A stretch of 64,000 bases of DNA from Balamuthia mandrillaris (taxonomy: Eukaryota), in contig JAVKOQ020000078.1 in NCBI GenBank assembly GCA_031835245.2, forward strand, positions 62,001 through 126,000. Direction: 5' to 3'. The position numbers and the translations under genes are program-made. This document shows, one piece after another, positions 1-12,934 of the stretch. The notes beneath the pieces are model-generated. The model saw only the letters and a list, made by a program, of their open reading frames with translations. It made no database searches and was not told the DNA's origin. Numbering within the stretch: position 1 is the first letter of the stretch; every line of letters begins with the position of its first letter.

Positions 1-103
1 TTTTGTTTGTCAATTATTATTTAACAAATATTTAAAGCAACGATTTTTGTGCATTTTTTAATTCTTTGGTTAATTTTTTACTTGTTTTTTCCATTACCAA
101 TAA

Positions 104-610
104 TTATTTGCTTTGGGAAGAGCTCTCTCCTTGATACCAACCCACCACGTCTTGGACGAGAGCCTCGAGGTTGTCCCGCACGGCTATCTCCGGACGAACT
201 AAGCCGGTCTGGATCTCCACGTCCAGCTTGCGCTGATACTCGGGGTGACAGCCCACGAAGAGGGGGCGATCGTTCTTCATGGACCAAGCCCCAAGCTCGT
301 AAAGAGAGATGGGGCAGAGCGTCTCGTGGGGGAACCAGAAGAGGATGGCGCTGGCCTTGCGGAGGTGGTCGTGCTCCCACTTTATCTGCTGGGCGGAGAG
401 GGACTTGTCGGAGGCGTCCCACTTGGCTCTACGCGGATTGAACACGCGCAGCGAGGGGCATTGGGACAAAAGGGGAGCCAGCACTTCCTTTTGCCAGTCC
501 ACGCACCCGGTGATGCCTCCAGCTAAAAACAAGGTAAGCTGCTTCTTCCCGTCCTTTGATTCTTCGTATTCCCTTGGGCACTCATAGTAATGGTCGTTGG
601 CTTCTTCCAT
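104..610 (-). CDS. Nucleoside 2-deoxyribosyltransferase-like protein, intronless
   Basis: Motifs LFLAGGITGCVDWQ, VFNPRR, QIKWEHDHL, ILFWFP, PISLYELG and VGCHPEYQRK are typical of the NDT-like family. Likely ATG at 610 (MEEANDH). Confidence 0.85.
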   Translation of the reverse strand: MEEANDHYYECPREYEESKDGKKQLTLFLAGGITGCVDWQKEVLAPLLSQCPSLRVFNPRRAKWDASDKSLSAQQIKWEHDHLRKASAILFWFPHETLCPISLYELGAWSMKNDRPLFVGCHPEYQRKLDVEIQTGLVRPEIAVRDNLEALVQDVVGWYQGESSSQSK

Positions 611-973
611 TTTTGTTGTTGTCGCTACTCTTTTGTTCCACTTGCGAACCGCGGCCCCTTTTTCGTGAAACTTTTCATGCATACCAATCATGCTTTACAT
701 TCCACAAAGGTATGTACATATCATCATTCCTTGCATTCCCCAAAATTTATTTTCGCCTTTTCGTTCGATTGCCTGATTTAGAGCGAACGACCGTTATCGA
801 AATAAAAGTGGGGCGAGAAAGAAGTCTTTGTTTGGCTGTTTAGCTTTTTGTCTTTCAAGATTGGTGACAAACGGCGACGAAACAGACTTTTCGCTTCGTA
901 ACGGCTTAGTTCTTGCTGTTGTTTTAGGCTTCTTCTTTGGTTGGTTTTACACTCGATATTAATAACACCCATT

Positions 974-3900
974 ATGGAGGACAATTCAGGCAGACGGCTG
1001 AGATCTCCGTACGCGAGAGGCACAGCACCCATCATTAAAGAGATTTACGTACGTTACACAGCTGACGGAAGCCCTGCCTCCTTTCTAATCTTTGTGTTTT
1101 CATTTGCAGCAACTTGGTGACATCTTGGGCAAAGGAGCTTATGGTACTGTATTTAGGGGACTTAATATCAAAACTGGAGAAGTGGTTGCCATAAAGCAGA
1201 TTGAGAAGAAAAACATAAGAGAAGACCAAATGCCAAGCATCATGGTTCGCTTACCAAGCAAATCCAATCCTCTGTTCTATCTTCTTGTTGGGTTCTGAAC
1301 TTAAAAAAAAAAAATCTGACTTGCAGCAAGAACTGGAGATGCTTCAAAATCTTTATCACCCTAATGTGGTCACCTTCATAGATTTCTCGGACGATAAAAA
1401 ATACTTGTATTTCATTTTGGAGTGCGTAAAACCTTTTTCTCTTCCCTCTCCCTCCCTCCCCACTCCCTCTCCTTTCGCTGCCTTTAACTTCCTTTGTTAA
1501 TCAAACGTCTCAGATTCGTGGAAGGAGGCAACCTGCATGAAGCAATGGTCAAGTTTGGAAAGTTCTCAGAAACGCTATTAGTCATTTACGTTGCGCAAGT
1601 GCTGCGCGGACTTTGTTATTTGCACGAACGAGGGGTAATTCACAGGGACATTAAAGGAGCCAACATCTTGCTCACCAAGGAAGGAACCGTGAAGTTGGCT
1701 GACTTTGGCAGCTGCAGCTATGCTGCAGTCGTTACCAACGACTTGGCCGGAACTCCATTTTGGAGTAAGTGCCTCTCTCCCTGTTCTTAGCTTCTTTTCA
1801 TCTTTTGCTCTGTTATTTAGAACTTTTTTAACGAAATACACATAAAGTGGCACCGGAGGTTATTGGGAAGGAAGAATCCAAATTTGGAGCAGACATATGG
1901 AGCCTCGGATGTACCATTTTAGAATTGTTAACAGGAGCAGCACCCTACTGGAAGTTGGGTGCCGATATAGCTATGTACAGAATGGTGGAGGATGAGCATC
2001 CTCCCATTCCTCCCGAAGTATCTCCGGTACCGACTTGATTTTAGCGTTTAAGCACAAAAACATTAGGGAATATATTGCTGACTTCATTTAGGAATTGACT
2101 GAGTTTTTGTTGGCGTGCTTCATTCGTGATCCAGACAAGAGACCTGCTGCCGAGGAGCTTTTGCAATTCAAATGGATTCGGTCCCTTTGGGTATGTTTTC
2201 TTCTGTCTTCCTTTGCTTCTTGGTTTTCTTATTCTTTTTTTTTGTTGCTTTCCATTACTACAGTACCGGGACGACGAATTGGAAGATGCAAACTCGCCAA
2301 ATATACCTAAAGCAGTAGCTCGCGCTATCAGGGCTGACAAAGTCTCGAAGAAACGAACAGTTAGTCTTCCTCGTCTTTGGCGCAAGGATAATGTACACAA
2401 GGAGAAGACAATGCCTAGATCTCCATTACGACGATTTAAAGATGAGAAGGTGGAGGAAGATAAGAAGGAAGATAAGAAAGATAAGGGGGAAGAGAAAGAA
2501 GACAAGGACGACAAAGATAAACAACATTCATCATCATCATCACAAGATGGTGGCAAAGAAGATAAGGAAAAACCCAAGGAAGCTAGTGGCAGTAAGACCA
2601 GCAGAAAACGAAATCAGCACGGCGACGACGTTACTAGCAGCACTGAAGAGTTTCCTGCCTCTCTTGAAAACGTACGCCCTCCTCTTTTGTGTTATTTGGT
2701 GTCTTACTTGGTTTGTGCTGTGTTTGCTTTTGTTTGAAAACATACAGATGGAAGAGTTTGAAAAAGTGTGGAGGAAGATACGAGGAACGGTGGCCCAAGG
2801 AGGCAAGTTCACATCCCTACAAAGAAGCAACCTTCGGCAAGAAATGAAGAAGCTGGAGATGAATCTAAGTCCGCAACAATTTGCCGACTTTTTGAACTGG
2901 TGGAAAGAGTGGGAGAGAGGCCACGCCAAAACGCCCATTGCGGAGCGAAAGTCTGGGTCGTTCCCCAATCCACCCGTTGACAATGGAACGGATGGTGCTG
3001 CCAAAGACGAAAAGGAAAAGGGTGGTGCCATTCCCTCGATCAAAGAAAGCAAGAAAGAAAAGAAACGTAACAAAGATCTGAGCAAACGAAAGTCGGCTAA
3101 CCTCGACCATTTGTTGTCTCCTGGAAGGAATAACCCCAGCGATCCTCGGTTGAAGAGAGACCACGCTTCTGCCGAGATGCTTCGTGAAGACACAACTTCT
3201 GAAGGTTTGTTTTTGTTCGCTTGCTCCTTCCTTCTCAGTTCGCTTTTTTTAACAAAACAAACAAACATACAAACAAAAAAGACTCCACTGACTCTTCAGC
3301 CAGTTCAGGAGGTCTTCCATCGCTACGGCCGTTGCAACGATGCGAAACGGCACCACCAGGAAGGAGCAATGTCTCACCGGGCAACTCCATTCAAGAGCAG
3401 AAAGAAGCTTCCCTCAAATCTCACACAAAGAGCAAACTTACCACCAGGAAGCGACGAGGAAGCAAAGACAAAAATGCAAAGGAAAAACGGAAAGAGAAAA
3501 AAGAGCAACAGCTGAGTAGCGAAGGAGCGAAAGTCGACAATATGGGAACGAGAGCAAAAGAACAACAGCAACAACAAAACAGCTCGGATGAAGACAAAAA
3601 GATGGAACGAAGAGAGGACATTGCCGCTGAGAAAGATACAAAGAAAAATAACCACAATAACGACAAAAGCAATATCAAAAACGAAAAGTTCAGCGACGAT
3701 GAGCAAACGAGAGCCAAGAACGAGCAACAAAAAAATGCCAGAGGACGGGAAGCCTCACCGCAGCCTCGAAAAAGGAGTAAAACCAGCGATGAGACTGATG
3801 TCGACCTGTTGCCAAACTCTGAGCCCAAAAGTACGCTTTCTTCTTTCGGCTTTTCTTTTTCTTCTCCTCCTCTTCTAACGTATGGATTTAACATCAGTTC

Positions 3901-4882
3901 CGGCGGCCTTGCTCTCTTATTTGTTGCCATACATGCTGCTCACACGACAATCGGAAGAAGTGGATAGTGCAAAGAGCCTGAAGGAGCAGGTCCTGCTCGA
4001 AACGGAACTGTTGGAAAAGAAGCTTATGTTGACCAGGAAGGAGACTGCAGAGTACTACTCCAAGAAGCTAAAACTCAAGGAGAAACTGAAGCAAGAGGAG
4101 GCAGAGTTGGAGGAAGTCAAACTGGCCACGCAGGGACTGAAGCAGAACCTTGCTCTCCTTACCACCGAAAAGATGGCCTTGGTAACCTTTTGCTTTCCTT
4201 CCTTCTTCTGTTTCGTTTCCCACGATGAACTGACAATCATGTCAACACATAGCATGGCAAACTTGACACAGTCAAAGAGGCCGCCGCCAAGATACACAGC
4301 GAAAATGTGGAGGTCCTTCAAGAACTAAAAGAATACGTGAAAGAGTTCAGCAAATGGGAGGAAGCCCGGCACTCCAAGGTCAGCGACCACAGCGTGGAAT
4401 GGCTGCAGCCGGGGGCCAAGTGCCAGGCCCTATGCAGCGTGGATGGCTTCTGGAGAGATGCCGTCATTCTCACCAGGAAATACAAGAGGCTGTCCCCCAA
4501 TGCCACCAACCCCGCCAAGCTCTTCTTTGACGTGGTCTTTATCGAGAGCGGCATCGAGGAGGCCCTCAAAGTCAAACATATCAAAGCGCCGAGGAAGACG
4601 GGGTGGGGCTTGGTCTATGTGCCCCAGGACGAGGATAACTTGAGCGGACATGGGGTTCAGATCAGAGAAGGAGTAGGAGGAGGGATAGGGGGAGGGATAG
4701 GAGGAGGAATGGGAGGCGGGGTACAGACCAGCTCTACCCCTACTTCTCCATTGGCACTCGAAGGAGGAGGTGGAGGGGGAGGTGGAGGAATGGGAGGTGG
4801 AGGCATCACCCATCAACGAGATTATTACGCCAACACGTTACGGAACAAGAAGAAAAAAGGCAGAATTCTTGGCAGGAAATAG
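974..4882 (+). CDS. Multi-exon STE/MAP3K (Cdc7/SepA-like) Ser/Thr kinase with charged linker, coiled coil and C-terminal Tudor-like domain
   Basis: Spliced exons give [40 protein letters not shown] and ADIWSLG. The C-terminal exon has [23 protein letters not shown]...FDVVFIESG. Confidence 0.85.
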
Positions 4883-5894
4883 ATGGTCGAATAGGTAATG
4901 ACAGGGCCTTCTCACAGCAAAGGAGTAACGTGATGCTATCTCATTCTCTTTCTTTTTCTCGGTCTCTTGGGCTCTCCTCTCTTTTGGGGCGCGCGCTTAT
5001 TGTAATTCCGCTGTTATCGCAAATTTTCTTCATGGGGTATGCGAACAAGTTGTATGCTTGTCAGTGTTCTTTGTTTTTTGCGTTTAGGCCAATCTATATC
5101 AAAGCAAAAACCCTTGGGCTAATAAACTTAACCCGCACTTTGACACCATGACAAGATGACAGAGAGGTGAAGAGTTCATGTGAGGCGGTTGCAACTCGGA
5201 TCTCTCACTCGTCTCCGGTTACAGGGAGTCGCATCCTTTCCGAGCACATGCTACAATTCCATTTCTATCTCGGCTAATTGCGGTCAATTGCGTCACATCT
5301 GGAATGTGGGGGTAAACCCACCGAAATTTAACTAGACTTCCGTATTAGCCTTTTTTGAGGTACAAACCGAACGGCCGCAAGTGCGATCTGTACAACTCCG
5401 GCAATGTGATGGTTGGTCGATTGGGCCTCTATGAGCTAAACAGCATTATTCAGATTGTCCCGGAGAGAGAAAATTTAGCCGTGACAGGATGACAGGGGCG
5501 GGATTCGTGCCTCTTTCAAACAAACTTTGACAAGATGACAAGTGGTCAGCATCTGAATGGAACCCAGTTTCCAAAAAAAGTGCAGAGACCGCGGAAACAA
5601 CCGCAGCGGTGACAGTAAGGAGGTACAAAGAACTGAATGGTTTGACACAGGCCGAGAAAAGAGAGGACAAAGAAGCAAGTTGTCTCGGGTGGTGGTTGCG
5701 AGCTGCCTCGTAATCCTAAGGAAGAGGTTTGAAACGAAGATAAGTTGCGGAGCGGGAAAGGTTGTTATTGGAAACTGGTGACAGGGACTTGCGAAACCTT
5801 TAAATACCCACCATTAGCCCAGTTCGTTAACAAAAACTTATTCATTCAACAAACAAACGCTCTTACCTACCCACACAAAAAAAAAGTAGAGGGA

Positions 5895-7019
5895 ATGGCA
5901 ACAACAGCAGTAGCTCAACGTAGCGCTACCTTATGTCCCTCTGCTCGTGAGAAGAAACTTTGCTTGCGCGCTTGCAAGCTCAACACAGACCAACAACCAC
6001 AGCAGGTCCCAGAGGGAGGTCCTGTCTCTCTTGCCTCTCAGCTGCAAGACTTTCACGTCAAGCAGCTGATCGGAGAGGGAACCGGCGGCCAGGTCTACCT
6101 CGCTGAACACGCACACACCCACTTGCGGATCGCCATCAAGGTGGCCCGCAAGACCAAGGCCAACACCAAGGCGGCCAACATGCTACGCAGAGAGCACACC
6201 TTTCTGCACGAGCTGAAGCCCCACAAGCACCTCGTCCAGGGCTACGACTTCATCGAGAACGCGGACCGCGCCTGCCTGCTTATGCAGTTCGCCGAACAAG
6301 GGGATCTGTTCGAGTACGTCCGGAAGATGGGCGGCCTCAAGGAGCCAGAGGCCTGGCGGCTGTTCAAGCAGCTCATGGAGGTGGTCTCCCACATCCACGC
6401 CCAGCACGTCTGCCACAGGGACATCAAGCCAGAGAACATCTTCCTCGACAAGGAGGGCAACGTCCTCTTGGGCGACTTTGGGCTGGCCTCCAAGTGGAGC
6501 CCCTTCTGCGCCGTGGCCGACTGCGTCGGCTCCTTGGACTACGCCGCCCCCGAGGTCCTCCGCCAAGGCACCTGCTACAAGGGTCCGGAGGTGGACATGT
6601 GGTCCTGCGGCGCCGTACTCTTCATGATGCTCACCGGAAGGACGCCCTTCTATGCTGCCTCCTCCCTTGACGTCTTCCACAACATCCAAAGCGGCCGCTT
6701 CGATTCGGCTGGTCTCTCCCCCAACGCCAAGGACCTCATCCAGAAGCTCCTCAACCCGGATCCCCTCCGCAGGGCCACCATGTACGAGGTGCTGAACCAC
6801 CCTTGGATGTTGGTGCCTCCCATGAGGGCCAGGGTCAACTCCGTGCCCCTGCTTGGCTTCACCAGGGTGCGTGTGGGCGACAGGTCCTCCCACCACCGCC
6901 AAAACAGTAGCAAGAGCCTCTTCAAGAGCCGCAGCAACAAACGCGCCAGGCATCAACGTAAGACCAACAACACCAAGGTCTCTCCGTTGACTGTCATCAA
7001 CGAAGGCGTTCGCTGCTAA
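5895..7019 (+). CDS. CAMK-group (AMPK/MARK-like) Ser/Thr kinase, single exon
   Basis: IGEGTGGQV, IAIK, HRDIKPEN, GDFG, GSLDYAAPE and VDMWSCG all lie in one uninterrupted ORF. ATG at 5895. Confidence 0.9.
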   Translation: MATTAVAQRSATLCPSAREKKLCLRACKLNTDQQPQQVPEGGPVSLASQLQDFHVKQLIGEGTGGQVYLAEHAHTHLRIAIKVARKTKANTKAANMLRREHTFLHELKPHKHLVQGYDFIENADRACLLMQFAEQGDLFEYVRKMGGLKEPEAWRLFKQLMEVVSHIHAQHVCHRDIKPENIFLDKEGNVLLGDFGLASKWSPFCAVADCVGSLDYAAPEVLRQGTCYKGPEVDMWSCGAVLFMMLTGRTPFYAASSLDVFHNIQSGRFDSAGLSPNAKDLIQKLLNPDPLRRATMYEVLNHPWMLVPPMRARVNSVPLLGFTRVRVGDRSSHHRQNSSKSLFKSRSNKRARHQRKTNNTKVSPLTVINEGVRC

Positions 7020-7451
7020 ATGCGGTTCACCGGAGCAGGCCTGCTTGCTACTTCATTTTTGCCTCTTCTTCTCCTCCGCGAGCTCGATTCTTCGGCTGCT
7101 ACTTTTTTTTTTTGACCAACGTCAACGAGGCTTTGGGATAGCCCCAACCACTTGCTAGCCGCAAGAAGCAAGGAGAACCAATTTTTGCGCTTTTTTTGCG
7201 ATATTTTTTGTTGTTTTTATTTGTTGTTTATTTTTTGCAATTTTGTTTTGTGAAATATTTTTTGGGTTAGGGTTTGTTTGGATTAGGATTCAATTAAATT
7301 AATGAAATTTTGAAAAGAAACTTTCGTTAAAATCTCTCTCTCGTCTTCTCTCTCATCCTCAAAAAAAAATGTAGTGGCCGCCCACCCTTGCACGGCCTTC
7401 GTTGAAGTAGCGGGAAGAACGAGACAAATTTGGTGGAGACGCAGAGTGAAG

Positions 7452-9439
7452 ATGAGTGAAGACGTTACTTTTTCGGTGACGGAGCTTGGGGAAGGTACGG
7501 CGGGTGCGGCGGGCATGCCTTATTCAGTCAGTTCTCTCACCCTACTGCTTTTTTCTGGACCCAGAAGAAGCGGCCATCGCCAAAGCGCTTGCAGCAAGTC
7601 TGCTAGAAGAGGCCTTGATAGACACGCAGCAAAAACAGGAGGAAAGTACTGCCGCACGAGTGTTGGAGGATGTCGGCGACCCGGTGGAAGAAAACGGTTC
7701 CGCTGGAGGACTTTGCTTGGCTCTCAGTGGTTTTTATGACTTTAAACGCTTCTCCTATGTAGAGCACTTGCAACCGCTGGAGGTATTTCTCTACTTTGTT
7801 CGTCTTCTGTCTCTTTTCTCTCTTGTTCAACTTATATTTTCATATTTCATGTTTGTCCTGCTCGCCTCTGCCCCACTCCGAGATCTTGGAAAGAATTAAG
7901 GCCCACAAGCAAAAGTTAGTGGAGATGGAGGCCTCGGGGGTTGCGTACAAACTACCAATGGTAACACCTTGTTTTTTTTTTGGACCCTTTTCATGTTGCT
8001 TTGCTGACTGACATTGAACATAACATAAAATCAACATTAGACGTTACGCAGTGACAAGAATAGTCTCTTCTTCAAAGACCAGATACGATTGGGCAAAAAG
8101 ACAAAACATACAGCTTACAAACGAAGTCCCAAAAAATACGCCAGAAGTGAAGTATTACTCTGTTTAATGCTCTTTAAACACTGATGTTATCTTACGTTAA
8201 ATTCGCGTCTTTAGTTTGGGCCGTCATGAACTTCTTGTCAGAACTTCTTCAAGCACAACAGAAAGTAACGCAGAGAGAATGTATGTATCATCACTTCATC
8301 TCCAACAAACCTTTGCCCTAACACACGCTTGACTATGATCACCAGTGTTTTATTGCATGGCAGACTCGTTCGAAAACCAACGACAGTTAAATGATACTAT
8401 TCAAGGTATCTTGATATGGCCATCATTTTATTCGCGAGTTTCTAAATTTTACATTACATTTATGTTATTTACAGAAGTTGTGGCTTTGTTAAACGTACCC
8501 AGAAGCAGTTTGGGCATCACAACCACTCCTCGAGGTTCCATTGTCGGTTGTGTGCGATTAAAGATTGACGGCAAGTGGATAGACTGCACACGAGTTGGCG
8601 CAATGGGAACTTTCATTCCTGGCGACTTGGAACTCATCCAGGAAGTCGATACGAATGCCCGTTTTGTGGTGGTTGTTGAAAAGGATAGTGTGTTCCAACG
8701 GCTGGCAGAGGACAAGATTTACAACATTGTTCCTTGTGCACTTATCACTGCGAGTACGTTCCCAGTCGCGTTGTATCACCTTCCAACTGATCATTCCCTC
8801 TCCCTTTCCTACAGAGGGCATCCCCGATTTGGCCACAAGGTAAGCTATTCCTTGTGTCTCTCGTGATTAACAATGAACTGAATGATAATTGGTTGATTCA
8901 CGAAGAGCACTACTGCGAAGGTTACAGCAAGCAAATATTCCTCTGTTAGGCCTCGTAGATTGGGACGTTGGTGGCTTTCGTGTTCTACAGACGTATAAGT
9001 ACGGAAGCGTCAACATGGGTTTGGAAAGCTTTCATTACAGTACTGTACTCGCTCTCTCCCTCCTTATTTCGAGCCTCTCTTTCTCTCTCACTCAGCTAAT
9101 TTTTGGTTGGAACCAGCGGTAGACATGAAGTTGTTGGGCTTATCCATCGCTGACATAGAAACCCTTTCTTTTCCAGAATGGTGCAAACTTCCTCTAACTA
9201 ACGTCGATATTCGGGCCATTGACCTTCTTCTCTCGGCTGAAGTATTGACGGTAAGTGAAAGATTAGTTTGTTTTCTATCTTTTACCTGCTTAATCTCCTA
9301 TCAATAGGTTTACAAAGAAGAATTGCAGGCCATGAAAGACAAAGGCTTTAAACTTGAAATAGAGGCGCTAAATAGCTTTGGCCTTTCCTTTCTATGCGAG
9401 TATGTCGTCAAGAAGATGATCCAAAGGCGCTATTACTAA
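7452..9439 (+). CDS. SPO11: Spo11 / topoisomerase VI subunit A meiotic double-strand-break enzyme, multi-exon
   Basis: Spliced exons give VTQRE|LFY (catalytic Tyr), VPRSSLGI, VVVVEKDSVFQRL, ITAKGIPDLATR, LVDWDVGG (Toprim DxD), YKYGS and KLEIEAL. Confidence 0.92.
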
Positions 9440-9566
9440 CGCGGAAGTCCTGTTCACCGCATCACTGAAAAGATTGTGAAACAAAGAGAGAGGAGGCACA
9501 AACAAAGGACGAAATCTGTTCTTTTTTGTAATGTACTAGTTTTATGAAGAAGAATGAAGCAGACCG

Positions 9567-10279
9567 TTAGTGAGGAGGATGCCCCATCTCCTGTTGAAAA
9601 ATAGCAAGCACATCGTCTGCAGAATCCCATAAATGGAGCTTGGCCTGCAGCCTTCGCCGCGATGTCGGAAGGTCCACCTCTTCCTTTTCCTGTCTTTCTT
9701 CCTTTGTTGTGTCTTGCTGTGACAATAACTTGTGTAACTTGAAATTCCTTCTGGCCAGTACATGATCCATCCTTCGGTTTGTTTCAAGTTAAAAAAGAAA
9801 GACACAAAGGAAGAGAGAGAGAGAGAGAGAGAGAAAGAAGCATACTTGGAAAGATGAAGAGAAGGGCAAAAGTCATTTGTGGAGTCTCCAATGTAAAACA
9901 CCTTGCTGTATTTCTTCTGAGAGAGATACGGCCTCAGAATGGCTCCTTTGCAAAGGTCCACAGGACAAAAGTCACACCCATGAACGACGGGTTTCTCCTC
10001 CTCCGCCGCGCAGAGAGTGTCTTCCTCCGGACACAGCCGTCCGATATGATGGTAAGGGTACACGCGGAGACGGCCGTTGGCGTCCCAACGACCCCTGTGG
10101 GTGTGCACGCGGGAGATGTGGTGCTTCACTTGGTAGCGTTGCAGGATGATGTCGATGAAGACATCGTTGGCACCGGAGATAACCACTATTTCGTGCCTGT
10201 TGCTGGTGCAGTACTCCAAGGCTTTTATCATGGCGGGGCTCTACGCATGGAAGGGAAGAGAGGTAAAGACAGGAAAGGA

Positions 10280-10330
<51 letters not shown>

Positions 10331-10711
10331 CAGAACAGAAAAAAGACCGTACAAATGGTACGCTATGAAAAGCACGTTCAATGTCTTCTCTTCCAAAGTT
10401 TTGTTGATGGATAAGTCCCATCATTCGATCCTTTGATAAAGTTATGTAAGTGCTTTGTTCCTAGGCTTTTCTGCATCGAAACAAACCATAAACTCGGGCC
10501 ACGTTTCCTCGCGCCGTTCAGCCGCTGCATCACGAAGTAGCAGCTCCGGCGATAACTGATTCAGCACCCAAGTGTCCGAGTTCTCATCGAGCATGGACCT
10601 GCCTCCAGTTTAAAATAAAACAAGGGTTTTAAACAAGACTTTTGAAAGGGACACCACCACCTACCAGTCAAAGTCGAATACAATCAAGTGAACGGGCTTG
10701 TCCTCTTCCAT
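9567..10711 (-). CDS. HAD-family PHOSPHO1/PHOSPHO2-like (pyridoxal phosphate / phosphoethanolamine) phosphatase
   Basis: Motifs IVFDFDW|SMLDENSDTW, VISGANDVFI, CPVDLCKG and YIGDSTNDFCP. Confidence 0.88.
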
Positions 10712-10878
10712 CTTCTTTGCTATGATTGTGGCTGGCAATGATTTGCGGCTGGGATTTCCTCTTTTCATGTCGACATGGTGTTGAACCTGTAATCTCGTAG
10801 GTCTGGAACTAATAGGTTGAAGCTATGTCCAAGCGATTGCGTCGATACGAGAAAGAGAGTAGCAGGCCAAAAGCAAAG

Positions 10879-12396
10879 ATGCAACACCACCTGAAGAAGA
10901 GCGGGGGTGGTGGCGCTCGCCTCGCGTGGCAACACTTTGGCGCTACCAAATGGTCATCATTCCAGCCGGTCAAACGTGCACTATGGCTCAACCACCATCC
11001 CTCTTTCATTGCTCGTCAAGGAGCTAGCTGCTCCTCATCTCCTCTCCTGGGGCTTCAGCATCGTGGCCTGTCCACCACGTTCGGTCGATCATCCTCTCGC
11101 TTCACCTCCTCTCCTGTCGTCGCTCCTTCTTTGCTCAAATGCCCTTTTGAGGCCTTGCAGAGAAGCACCACTTCACATGGCGCGCTCTCCTGCCGTCGTG
11201 AGGCCCAAAGGCTAACCGCAGGACCCTCTTCTGTCAGAGGCTACCTCACTGTACCTCCACGAAATACGCTTGGTGGCACGTTCGTCATCTATTCCCTTCT
11301 TGCCATCAACGCTGGCGTTTTTTACATGTGGAGAGAGATGTCTGAATATTGGATGATGGACAACTTTACTACCAGCTGGGAAAACCTTTACAAGGTCTTT
11401 TCTTTTTCTCTTTCTTTTCTCTTCAGCTTTGTCTCCTGTTTGTCCTTGTTCCTGTGATTCTTCTTGTTCTTCTTCTTGTTCTTCTTCTTTCTTGTTCTTT
11501 CTTGCCATTCCTCCTTTCTTACCTGTTTTCCTTCGTAGGACCGTCCATATACACTGTTGACGGCAGCGGTGAGCCATCGCGATTTGAGTCACATTGCATG
11601 TAATTCTATGGGCCTCTACTTCCTTGGCGTTCCACTTATAAGCCTCATTGGCCCTGTTCGCTTCCTTGCGATCTATGCTGCTGCAGGTCTGTTATTGTAT
11701 CAACCCACCACCTCTTAAAACAACTAAAAAGTCTTACTTCCGCCCTTCTTCAGGTATCTGTGGTTCGTTGGGTCATCTTTATTATACCAGATACTTCAAG
11801 TACAGAAATAGGAGGTTTGTCACTCTACCTCTCTTCTCTCCTCCCTTCTCGTTCGCTTCTCTACTGGATTCATAACGTAAGGACTGTGATCATTTAGCTA
11901 TTGGTATCACGAACAAGCTCTCGGCATGAGCGGCGCTGTCACCGCGTTCTGTACAATGTTTGCCATTCTTTTGCCTCATGAAACGCTGCTAATAGTACGT
12001 CACTCCTACTGTTTCCCCTCCTCTTCTACAACATGAAATTTTTAACTCTCTCTCTGTCTCTCTCTCTCTCTCATCTCCTCTGCTCTGCTTCTCTGCTTTA
12101 ATGCAGTTTGGAGTGATACCAACACCAGCATGGCTCGCTGGGCTAGGTTTTATTGCTCTGGATGCCTACAATGCCTACCACAATCCCAATTCGAGGATCA
12201 GCCATTCCGGCCATCTTGGCGGTTCCTACTTTGCTCTCTCCCCTCCTCCCAGTCCCTCTCTTTTGGCGGGCATACTGACAAGCTGCGAAACATTGTCTTT
12301 CAAACAGGAGCGCTGGTAGGAGCGTTGTACGGGCTATGGTATTTGCGCCGAAATGCTGGTGTGTCCATGTTTCGACACTTTTTCAGAAGAAGATAG
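10879..12396 (+). CDS. Rhomboid intramembrane serine protease (PARL/Pcp1-like, probably mitochondrial)
   Basis: Arg/Ser-rich N-terminal presequence, VSHRDLSHIACN, LGMSGA (catalytic Ser), SHSGHLGG (catalytic His) and multiple hydrophobic helices. Confidence 0.85.
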
Positions 12397-12934
12397 GTAG
12401 GTGCGAATTGAGCACTGCTATCACCTATTTTCTCGCAGCTAGAAACAGCTGCGTTTTGTTTTTATTGTTCGCTCTCTGTAAATGGTCACCACCTTCCATT
12501 TCCTCTTTATTTTCATATCTTTGTGTTGTTGCGTGTAGGACGTCCCCTGAACCTAACGGAAGGTGGAAGAGCTTCCTATCAAGTTATTCAATGGATCGTT
12601 CAATTCCCTCTGCCTCGCCTCTTCGTTAAGAGATAAGCACGCACCCCACGACGTGAACGTAGCGTGCATCGAAAGCTTTCCCTTGACCGTGTGGACGAGG
12701 GTGGTTAGTTAGTTAGCTCATCACCTTCTCCTTCTCCTCCTTTTGTAGGTCTGCTAAGGAGACTGAAATTTATGGGATATTTTCATGTCGTCACGTGAAA
12801 ATTAAGGACACGAGAAAGGGCTGGTAATGTCTAAATTCAATTTATGGGGTTAATCTTTGTGCGGACACATTGCCAAAGGAGATCTTGCTGTTGTGCGACA
12901 CTCTTCGCAGGCGAACAAGCAAGAGCGCGAGTGT

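Noticed and set aside
5150..5450. Partial inverted matches (CATGTG/CACATG, CTCGGA/TCCGAG)
   Set aside because: Short and interrupted, not enough to call an ncRNA or MITE.
7262..7275. TTGGGTTAGGGTTT telomere-like sequence
   Set aside because: Fewer than two full units in a T-rich spacer, so not a telomeric array.
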